A stretch of 60,162 nt of DNA from Nemertoderma westbladi. Lineage: Eukaryota; Animalia; Xenacoelomorpha. The notes under the pieces are model-generated. The model saw only the letters and a program-made list of their open reading frames with translations, made no database searches and was not told the origin of the DNA. Position 1 is the first letter of the stretch, and each line of letters begins with the position of its first letter. This document shows, one piece after another, positions 40,983 to 50,706 of the stretch. Position numbers and translations under genes: made by a program. The stretch lies in assembly GCA_032718475.1 (NCBI GenBank), contig JAUCBJ010008534.1, positions 1 to 60,162 on the forward strand, given 5' to 3'.

Positions 40983-41547
40983 CTATAGCGGGAACAGTTG
41001 TTGGTTTAGGGCGCAACAGGAGGTTGTCGGTGTTGGAATGGTTTAAGTTGAACTCGTTTAGAGACTGAGTAGTGAGGGTTGGTGAGGAGCCATTGATTTG
41101 GGAGAGACCTCGACCTCGGTCAGTGTTGGCGGTTGATGTGTCTGTACGGCGGATTCCATGTTGTTTATTTATATCGAAGAACTCCTCCAAGCCATCACCA
41201 ACATCACCTATGTCGGGTTTACATTCCAGTTCGAGTTCGTCTTCCGTCTTAATGCGTACCGGTAGGTACGCATTACTAGTTACAAGAATATCTGACTGGT
41301 CTGTTAGAGGTTGCGTAGAATAATCGTTTGTCCAGTCGGTAGAGGTTACTGCGGATAATAGAGTTGAACTGGGTGTTGTACCGGTATTACTCGATTCAGA
41401 TTTAATGGGGTTTGGAATGGTGTCCACGTGTCTATCGGACTCAGTTTGGGATCCATTTGTATTTGTTCTCCCGGGAGGTCTGTCTTGTTGAGAAGTTGTT
41501 ACCTCACCACAGGCTGCATGGATGATGATTCGGTAGGTGGCTTGCAT
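40983..41547 (-). CDS. Zinc-finger paralog C, exon 1 (ancestral 5' frame broken; possible pseudogene or novel N-terminus)
   Basis: Donor ATAG|GTGAGT at 40983/40982. C-terminal part aligns to B (RIKTEDE, GLEEFFDI, TLTTQSL, LRPKPTTV). 8-bp insertion GTGTCCAC near 41420 and a TAA in the ancestral frame near 41500. No 96-bp repeats. Confidence 0.65.
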
Positions 41548-41919
41548 TGCAGCATTGACTCGAGTTTCGAGGTTTTCAGAGTTGGTTGCCAGGTTGCAGC
41601 GTGGAGGGAGACCAGTTCAGAGGAGAGTAAACGCTGCCAGCTGCAGCTACAACCATTCAGTCTGTCAGTAGTAGGCCTATCAGCCTACAGGCCTATCAGA
41701 TGTTCACGAACAGAGGTTTGGTAATTAAACGCTAACGGCTAACTGCCAGTCCATGGCAGCATGGTACTGCATGCATACAGGCATACTGCAGTACTGCTGT
41801 ACTGCTGGTACAGATTGATTTTAAACAATCAACGTAATACTGATGTAAATTGTAATAGCGACAATAGCGTTATACCTACCGTGGCTGATTGTGGCCACTT
41901 AATTTCAGATTTTTTATAT

Positions 41920-42336
41920 TTGTCACCCGGGTGACAATTATTTATCACCCGGGTGACAATTATTTATCACCCGGGTGACAATTATTTATCACCCGGGTGA
42001 CAATTATTTATCACCCGGGTGACAATTCTTTGTCACCCGGGTGACAATTATTTATCACCCGGGTGACAATTATTTATCACCCGGGTGACAATTATTTGTC
42101 ACGCGGGTGACAATTATTTGTCACCCGGGTGACAATTATTTATCACCCGGGTGACAATTATTTATCACCCGGGTGACAATTATTTGTCACCCGGTTGACA
42201 ATTATTTATCACCCGGGTGACAATTATTTATCACCCGGGTGACAATTATTTGTCACCCGGGTGACAATTATTTGTCACCCGGGTGACAATTATTTGTCAC
42301 CCGGGTGACAATTATTTATCACCCGAGTGACAATTC
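41920..42336 (+). repeat. 22-bp subterminal array TCACCCGGGTGACAATTATTT(A/G), ~19 copies
   Basis: Direct reading; palindromic core TGTCACCCGGGTGACA. Confidence 0.95.
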
Positions 42337-42458
42337 TGCAAAGGGTGGTTACTGTATACTTTATACTGTAGTTCATGGTACCGGTACATCGTACATCCAT
42401 GTAAATACGTAATGTCGATGAAAGCCGATGTCAATGACTTGCTCAAAGGAGGGATTAA

Positions 42459-42710
42459 TTCAATCACACTTACTGTACTTTGGGTGATGTGCTTCAGTTC
42501 GGTTCGGGGTCTCGGTTTCCTATTTTTTCAGGTGAATGAAAGTTAGAATTTTACCGTACATCAGATTGCGCAAGACGTGTACATGCGGACACATGTGCGT
42601 TAACAATTCATTTTCCGATAAATGGCCGTTATTTGTTGGGGCCCAGCAAAGTATTCTGTGACCGTCTCATGGAGGATATGTTGAATACATTGGGGTTTGC
42701 ATTGCCTTGA
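42459..42710 (+). pseudogene. HECT domain C-lobe remnant
   Basis: Manual translation TLGDVLQFGSGSRFPIFSGE*KLEFYRTSDCARRVHADTCALTIHFPINGRYLLGPSKVFCDRLMEDMLNTLGFALP* fits LxDxLxFxTG..P / AxTC..xxLP / GF HECT C-lobe pattern. One internal stop. Confidence 0.75.
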
Positions 42711-43229
42711 GAATACTGTATTACAGTACTGTTAGTTTAGACAATATAACTGTTTAGATATTGCAATTAACTGTTAGAACACTGTACCTCTACACTTATA
42801 TACATGATTAGATTATAATTTTTAAATCATCAATAAATATTTTTCTTTGTAATATCGGTCAGTTTTCGTGATTGTTTGTTCGTAATTTTATTAATTTGTC
42901 ATATAAATAACTGTTATTTTAAACGGAATTATTGCTTATATTGTTCAAAAACAGTGTTATAATATCAGGTAAAAGATACCCGATTACAGTTGAAAAACAT
43001 TTGTGGGTCCTTCGCGCAGCACGAGGCTCAGTTATGAGAATATGTCAGAGGATACAACCACCCCCCCCCCCCCCCCCCACACCCCGCCCCCCTTATGACA
43101 GTGATGTCATTTATGACTATAAATTAAACCCAAATGTACGTATTTAACTTTTAATTCACTTAATTCTTTTTTATAAATACTTACTGAGCATTGATAAATA
43201 AATAAATAAAAAATAAATACTGAGCACTT

Positions 43230-43800
43230 CTGTAATAATTGGTCATCATTGAAGGATCTGAAATATCGATGTATTGCTTCGACGTTAACATTTTCGGTGC
43301 CTTTATCACTTCTAACAACGACGCTTCAAACAATCTTTCGACTATATCCATCCACAGATCCGTGCACTGTCAATCCAAATGGTTTCAGTTTATCCCAACC
43401 ATCAATGTGCAATAAAAAATTAGGCCCCTTCGAAAAGTAAGTTCGCCTTGTGAGTTTATTTCCGATTCGAGATATTCTACCAGTTACGTCTACAATTTTC
43501 AATATTAATGCAACTACCTTTCGCGGTGCAAACAGATGGTAGTCATCCATCAGAATGCGTTGCAATTGTCTATAGCCCGCTGTTTTCCGATTGAAGGATT
43601 CTACTTCAAGAACACTAACAATAGCATCAAAATCGAATGGATCTAACTAAAATCCGTGTATGACCTGACGAATTCAACCTACGTCGAATCGTTCGTGAAG
43701 AAATATTTATGCCTTTTTGACAATATACAAGATGTGCTATTTCACTGTAGTTAAATCCCAACCAGAAATACCGTTCAATAACGTTATCAATTAGACTCAT
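43230..43800 (-). pseudogene. IS3EU-type transposase remnant
   Basis: MSLIDNVIERYFWLGFNYSEIA...ISSRTIRRRL and LHIDGWDKLKPFGLTVHGSVDGYSRKIV*, homologous to 23439..24266. Confidence 0.88.
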
Positions 43801-43909
43801 GATGAATAAGAAATACTGTACCACTCGAATATACAGACAGACAGATCAGACACTGCAAGAAAATAATGATACTGTAGGGATAAAGATAGATTGCTGAAAA
43901 ACACCAGTA

Positions 43910-44195
43910 TTTGTCACTCGGGTGATAAATAATTGTCACCCGGGTGATAAATAATTGTCACCCGGGTGATAAATAATTGTCACCCGGGTGATAAATAATT
44001 GTCACCCGGGTGATAAATAATTGTCACTCGGGTGATAAATAATTGTCACCCGGATGATAAATAATTGTCACCCGGGTGATAAATAATTGTCACCCGGGTG
44101 ATAAATAATTGTCACCCGGGTGATAAATTATTGTCACCCGGGTGACAAATAATTGTCACCCGGGTGATAAATAATTGTCACCCGGGTGACAAATA
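43910..44195 (-). repeat. 22-bp subterminal array, inverted relative to 41920-42336, ~13 copies
   Basis: Direct reading. Confidence 0.95.
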
Positions 44196-45214
44196 TGAAA
44201 AAACTGAAATTAAGTGGCCACAATCAGCCACGGTATTATACCTGTACCATAATGACCTACTGTATAACGATACAGGCGTCTAAGACAATACTGGTCGCCG
44301 GTCGGTATACCTGTACATACGTATACAGTTCAACTACTGTGAACTAAAGTCCATTTTTTAAAATTAGGCAGCAGCCCAGCAACTTATTTTTGGCCATAAC
44401 GATGATAACTGATTTTAGGTTCATTCTGTTCGGAATACAAAGATTTTAATCAAATCAATTTTTTGATTTTATTATGTTTTCTCATTCACAAAAAGCTGTG
44501 AAAAAAAGACATCTTTTTAACAATTATGTTCCAACATTGGAGATTTTGCAATCCGCCCAATAGATCAAGAATTGCTGGTTTCAAAAATATATGGGTTTAG
44601 AGGTACTGTATTTATTTCGTGGCATATTGCAATAATTACGTCCCAAATGCATCCAAATCGTAGTTTATTAGAAATAATTATTGGAATCAAAAACCAGATA
44701 TTTAAAATTGTTAATGTTTTCAAGGAAATCAATTACATTTGAAATAGACGGACTATTGTGGTTGGAAAAACTTTTTATATTATTGATGGACTAATACAGT
44801 ATGAGTTCAATAATGATATTACAAAATTGTAAGTTTTTATTCCAAAATTGTAACATTACTCAACGCCGTTAGTATTAACAGCGAGTTTTTATTTAGCAGT
44901 TTACAACTTTAGAGGACATTTGTAAAAGCCTTTGCTGAATTGCCCCGTTATTTTTATTATCTTTTACATTAAAATACTCTGTAGTTGATTTAATAAGTGT
45001 AAGAGACCGTATTATTGCTGTATCGGTGTTTTTAGAGGATCTAAGACCTATTTCCTCCGTATGTGTACTGTGAAAGGCATATTTTATGATTCTATGGCAA
45101 TTCGTGACGCAAAAGGGTGATAGCTACTCTTGAACAGTAGTTACTATGACTACGGTTAACAGCTGACATTCATACGTGTTGATTTCCTTTGTTCTACGGC
45201 GTCTCTCAGTTCAG

Positions 45215-45390
45215 TCAGCCAATGAGAGCGTTTTTGTGGCTCCTTGTACAGAAAATTTCCGAGAAATGACGCAATGCCTATGTGCAGTGTTTACATTCAG
45301 TCTTGAGCCAAAGAAAGAACGGCTTGGAAGTATTTTGTGCTTTACTGTTTTAGTCGTACACTAGTAGGTTTAATTATAAAGGGCATATAT
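45215..45390 (+). promoter_or_regulatory. Promoter-like motifs inside the inverted repeat
   Basis: AGCCAATGAG (CCAAT box, ~45217), ATGACGCAAT (ATF/C-EBP-like, ~45266), TATAAA (~45375); mirrored in the right repeat. Confidence 0.4.
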
Positions 45391-48319
45391 CCTTTAACTG
45401 CAATTTAACATACCTAAAGACTACTGCTAACTGATCATACATCCTGACTGCTGAAACATTGCAAACTCGTAACAATCAGTGTTCAGTTGTTGTTTTATAC
45501 TGCTATTTGCGGTCAGTTCTTCATAATATGGTTGATGAATTATTATATTTGGAATAACGATAAACAACCCCGAAACCCAATGTTCTTGATATACCGAAGG
45601 TAAGAGAGAAGGGTTACAGATAAACGATTGTGACTTATGTTAAAGTGGTTTGAAGTGAATCCAATGTTATTTGATAGACCCTACATGAGTCAGCCTGTGT
45701 TCCTTTTATATGTGACTAAAATCAGTGAAGATTGGCAGATTAGTGTGCAGTATTGTGCAGCATTGTGTATGAGTGAGTCTGTTAAAGAAGCAATTCCTAA
45801 AGAATGCGCCATATATGTGAATTATAATTAAGCCATATCGTTGTGAGTAGTTTAAGTCATAACTCTGTTTATATAGATAAAGCGCCACGTCCTAAAGGAA
45901 CTGTTAATATTACCGAAGGTGAATAATATTGTCAGAGATTATATAGTACTGTCAGTCGAATAATACATTAGGCTTACATAGCAATAAAAATTAAACCGTC
46001 GAACCCAATCTCCCGGGAATATCCAGCGGGTGAATGGTCGCGCACGGATTGGTTTCGACTAGTGTAGTGAATCAAATACTTGTCATAGACTAAAAACAGA
46101 TTTAATATCTAGAAGACATCTTAATTTGGTGGGTTAAACTGCCAAAGGTCTGAAAGCGCGAACATTAAAGGATATAGCTTCTTTGTTGCAGTAAGCAATA
46201 AAGTAAACCTGAACGGTACACCTGTAGGTCAGTAGGCCTAACTGTTCTAACCGGTACTGCCGTATAACAGTATAAGTACACTAGTATTATTCGATTTGAT
46301 TATTGCATACCGGTAGGCTGTTTAAGGGATTAGGGATTGATCACCCCTTATACCTTTATATGGTTTACTTATTTCTGTCAAGTTTTATTTATTTGTAGGC
46401 CAGTATTGAACAGAAGGCGTGTAAGCCTGATCAGATTGTACAGACGATTTGTAGGCTGAGCTGTTGTCTGATTGCTGTTAAGTCCGAACGGATTGCAGTG
46501 TGTGTAGATCACCTGTCCGATTAAGTACGATTAGGCAGTAGGGGCAGTGAACACTGTAAGGTAAACCCCCAACTAAAGAATAAGTCGCACTACTGGGTTA
46601 GAGCGCATACTCCCTAATCATTTCGGAGTCTGCATGTCCTGTAGTTTATTTAGGCTTGAGAGTAGTCTGCCATCGTTTAGTCTGTACTTTGTTTGTGTAA
46701 GTCTGTACGGGTAGCGTATAATTTTATTTAGATAATTTGTAGGCTGGATAGTTGTCTGGCTGTTATTAGGTCTGAACGGATTGCCGCGTGTGTAGATCAT
46801 CTGTCCGATTAAGTACGATTAGGCAGTAGGGGCAGCGAACGCTGTAAGGTAAACCCCCAACTAAAGAATAAGTCGCACTACTGGGTTAGAGCGCATACTC
46901 CCTAATCATTTCGGAGTCTGCATATACCGTAGTTTGTTTAGGCTTGATAGTAGTCTGTCAGTGTTCGGTCTGTATTTTGTTTGAATAGTTTGTACGCGTA
47001 GCGTAATATTTATTATTCAGAGTTTATGCGATTATTCGCAACATTCAAGTCCCCAAGTTTGTTCCTACAGTAATTGTGTTTGTTATACATACCGCTATAG
47101 TTAAATTAACCCCGGTACTACACGGGCTGCTCGGCGTAGGTAAAGACTGGTGATTTTGTGCATCGGTCACTCCAGCAGATGCCGTGGTTCTTTTAGCTGT
47201 TCAAGTATATTTAATTACTGATTATCTGTTGTATAAGTACTCGTACCTAATTTAGGGTTTAGTGTACAGTACTTTCCGAAGTAATTATTGTAGGCATTAT
47301 ATTTGTGTTGTAAAGTGGTTGATAGGCACATTCGATTAGCTCTATTAACTTCTAGGTAGGAACACTCCGTGATACATAACGTAGAACCTATAGCGATACG
47401 GCTATAGGTCGTCAGGCGGTGGTATTTTCCTATCTAGACAACGCAGTGTATTTACTACTACTAATTATTTCAAATACCGTAGTACTCTGTCCGTTGTAAT
47501 AACCGGTTATCTAACCCTTTGTTAGGCTGGTTTGTAGACTTCTTGTAAAATTACCCTAAAAATTCGTATTTTGTGTTTTTTGTAAATTTTGCATTTATTT
47601 AGAGATTGTAATCTCACCCGAATTGTACGTAATTTGTAGTATTAAGTAACTTAGGTAAATTAGTATTATTTGTTTTAGTGTCTCATAAGTAACACTTCAT
47701 TGAAAGCGCACCGCTTTGTGTAGTGATTACCCCCAGAAATAATAACATTTATTTCAAACATTGACAAAACCCATTAAAACGGGTATATATATATTATAAA
47801 TCAAATCTAACGATTTATAAATAGTAGGCCTACCATATAACAATTAGGTCTCAATATCAGTTGGACTACTGCTCAAATAACGGTGATAAAGTAAGTAAGT
47901 AACCAAGTAACCCTAAAATACAGAAATTCAATTATTTATAATAATTGATATACCGGTATTTACGATAGGCCTATTATCTTTATTTCTATAAATCTAGGCT
48001 GAAATTATACCGGTACTTGTAATTAATTCTATTCCAGAATTATATATACTACAAACTGTAAGCTGTATACCGGTATTCCGATAGGCCTATTATATATTTA
48101 TATATATTTGTGCTAAAATTATACCGGTATTCTGTGATAAACCTAGTCTGTAATAATAGTTATATATACTATAAGCATACCGGTATTCTTATATATTATA
48201 TATCACGCTACACTGAGTAGCAGTACCGGTAATTAATTACTAGGCTAGCAGTTAATACTGAGTTATTAGACTTACTCAGACTGTAATACAGCAGTAGACA
48301 TTCAACAGTATACATAGTC

Positions 48320-50044
48320 ATGTCTGATACTAAGCAGAACCTGTCAGACAGTTTATTAGATGTAACTATCTGCGACTCAGATAGAGACGTACAAACGTCT
48401 GGTCGTAAATCCAGTTCACCTCCCACTGTGAGGAAGGTCATCCCTCCAGTAGTAATAACAGAACCTAGGCTGGTCCAACATCGTAGGTCTATCATAGGCA
48501 CTCGAGCTCAGGTCAAGCGGGACCAAAAGGCAGCGGAACAGCAACAACCCGCTAGTCAAGAACTTATTCCTCAGCGGCCCAGCAGCTCCAGTAGTGAGGA
48601 TACTGTAGAGCTGACACCCGAGAGCGGAGCAGAGATGACGGATGCGGTTTATACGGATCCCCTTCTCATCCTTCCTGCAGCCGTGCTCGCTGGGTTATTG
48701 ATCGCGGTGGAAGAACACCAGATTGATTGGGCGAGAAGTCAACGGTCAACTAGAGATAACTACGCGGGATACACTAGTGAAGAACTGAAGTCTATTGTCG
48801 AGTCGCAATGGAACTTCCCCGGACCCGGACTCCCGTTTGATTTATCAGAAGCTGCCTGGGAAGACATACACCGGATGGGAGTAGCCAAGGAAACCATCGA
48901 TCCAGCTGTATGGAAGAGGTCCGCAGCCGGATACGCACAGGGATTCTTCAGCTCTATGGAGCGAGTAGAGAGACAACTGTTTCAACAACCTCAAGGACCT
49001 CAAGAGCAGGGATCGCTGCTTTATCAAGTTAGAGAAAGAGTTCTGCGGATTAGGCTAATCTTATCCGCCTTTGAGGAGGCTTCTAAAAGAAGACAAGACA
49101 CGTCGTTGCAAGTTGCCGTGAAGACTTGGTTTCAACGGGTGAGTCGCCAGGTTCAAGGAGCAGCTCAGTGGAAAGCTCAGTTGGAGGAGCGCTCAACCCA
49201 TGGAGAATCAACAGACGCTACTTTTTCCCAAGTGGAAAGTGAAGCGACGGCAGAGAAACCACATAAGAAGGATGCCATTGATATCTATCTGTCAGACTAT
49301 CAGCGTTTTGTGGGAGATGAAGAGTTGAGGAGAAGGCTAGAGGGACTTAGCCCTAATAGCGAAGGAGCCAAACTTGTGTTAGATGCGATTGATGTGGATA
49401 GGTTAGCGGCGAACCAAGCTAAATTCGATGAACAACTCCGCATCGTTAGAGAACAAGAAGAACAAGTAAGGAAAAAACGTATAGAAGACAGAAAGGCCGC
49501 AGCAAAAGCAGAGGCAGAGGCAAAAGCGGCAGCAGCAGAAGCAGCGGCAGAAGCAAAAGCGGCAGCAGCAGAAGCAGCGGCAGAGGTAAAAGCGGCAGCG
49601 GCAGAGGCAAAAGCGGCAGCAGCAGAAGCAGAACGGAGAGCGGCTGAAGAGATCGCCCAACTGGAGTTGGAAACGCTTCAAGAGAAGCAAGACGACTTCA
49701 GTAAACAGTTAACAGCTAGTAATATGCGGATGATGAATCGATCTACTCCCAAAAGACAGGGATATACATCATCTGAAGAAGGCGATACCACCGATACTGA
49801 AGGCAAAGGAAATAGATCTCGTCTAAGCAGACACAAAAGAACATTCCACCGGCAGAAATTGCCTGATTTGCCTCCAGCTGTTAGAAGGCAACTAAATAAC
49901 ACCAAAGTAGGTAGTACAGAGCCCGCAGACCAAATAATTAAAATAGAAAGACTCCCTACTATAGTAGATGAGCCTGAAATAATTAGGCCTGTTCTTGAAA
50001 TCACCCCTTCGGTGATAGACGCACATGTGCTCCCTGAAACATGA
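48320..50044 (+). CDS. 574-aa orphan protein with coiled-coil and Ala/Glu/Lys helix; possibly a Gag-like ORF1 N-terminal part
   Basis: Uninterrupted ORF with a sharp compositional shift from the AT-rich leader; no catalytic motif recognised; stop lies just before the right inverted repeat. Confidence 0.7.
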   Translation: MSDTKQNLSDSLLDVTICDSDRDVQTSGRKSSSPPTVRKVIPPVVITEPRLVQHRRSIIGTRAQVKRDQKAAEQQQPASQELIPQRPSSSSSEDTVELTPESGAEMTDAVYTDPLLILPAAVLAGLLIAVEEHQIDWARSQRSTRDNYAGYTSEELKSIVESQWNFPGPGLPFDLSEAAWEDIHRMGVAKETIDPAVWKRSAAGYAQGFFSSMERVERQLFQQPQGPQEQGSLLYQVRERVLRIRLILSAFEEASKRRQDTSLQVAVKTWFQRVSRQVQGAAQWKAQLEERSTHGESTDATFSQVESEATAEKPHKKDAIDIYLSDYQRFVGDEELRRRLEGLSPNSEGAKLVLDAIDVDRLAANQAKFDEQLRIVREQEEQVRKKRIEDRKAAAKAEAEAKAAAAEAAAEAKAAAAEAAAEVKAAAAEAKAAAAEAERRAAEEIAQLELETLQEKQDDFSKQLTASNMRMMNRSTPKRQGYTSSEEGDTTDTEGKGNRSRLSRHKRTFHRQKLPDLPPAVRRQLNNTKVGSTEPADQIIKIERLPTIVDEPEIIRPVLEITPSVIDAHVLPET

Positions 50045-50666
50045 GATATTCAAGTAGTCAGTTTGCAGTCATCAGTTTGGTATGTAGTCCGTTTGTTAAA
50101 GGATATATGCCCTTTATAATTAAACCTACTAGTGTACGACTAAAAAGCAGTACAGCACAAAAATACTTCCAAGCCGTTCTTTCTTTGGCTCAAGACTGAA
50201 TGATAAACACTGCACATAGGCATTGCGTCATTTCTCGGAAATTTTCTGTACAAGGAGCCACAAAAACGCTCTCATTGGCTGACTGAGCTGAGAGACGCCG
50301 TAGAACAAAGGAAATCAACACGTATGAATGTCAGCTGTTAACCGTAGTCATAGTAACTACTGTTCAAGAGTAGCTATCACTCCTTTGCATCACGAATTGC
50401 CATAGAATCATAAAATATACCTTTCACAATACACATACAGAGGAAATAAGTCTTAGATCCTCTAAAAACACCGATACAGTAATAATACGGTCTCCCACAC
50501 TTATTAAATCAACTACAGAGTATTTTAATGTAAAAGATAATAAAAATAACGGGGCAATTCAGCAAAGGCTTTTACAGAATGATAGGGGCTGATTAGCCGG
50601 GAACCGGAACGATAACAACGTAACGTAAACAATGCAATTATCCGAAAACGCATTTTAAATGTCAAG

Positions 50667-50706
50667 GCTAACGTTTCGATATTTATTGCAATATCATCAT
50701 CAGAGC
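50667..50706 (-). ncRNA. Minimal type-I hammerhead ribozyme motif (Penelope-like)
   Basis: Minus strand GCT-CTGATGA-T-GATATT-GCAATA-AATATC-GAAA-CGTT-AGC: conserved core, 6-bp stem II, 3-bp stem I, minimal stem III. Confidence 0.65.

Larger units (their letters stand above)
41877..44235. mobile_element. IS3EU-type DNA transposon #2 (decayed) with HECT fragment and transposase remnant
   Basis: TIR TACCGTGGCTGATTGTGGCCACTTAATTTCAG at both ends, flanking duplication TTATACC (41870-41876, 44236-44242), and inverted subterminal 22-bp arrays. Confidence 0.88.
44921..50576. mobile_element. Unclassified unit bounded by ~480-bp inverted repeats (TGT...ACA), with long leader and one ORF
   Basis: 44921-45398 is the reverse complement of 50095-50576 with scattered mismatches. 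No TSD (CATT / GAAT). Internal 288-bp direct duplication at ~46485-47000. Confidence 0.7.

Noticed and set aside
41920-44195. CRISPR-like palindromic repeats
   Set aside because: No spacers; the arrays are inverted relative to each other just inside TIRs, so they are transposon subterminal repeats.
46100-46140. tRNA primer-binding site after a putative 5' LTR (TGGTGGGTTAAAC)
   Set aside because: Not adjacent to a CA terminus and I cannot match it to a tRNA 3' end, so an LTR call is not supported.
48320-50044. Bacterial TolA or horizontal transfer
   Set aside because: Similarity is limited to low-complexity Ala/Glu/Lys composition; no TolA architecture or bacterial context.
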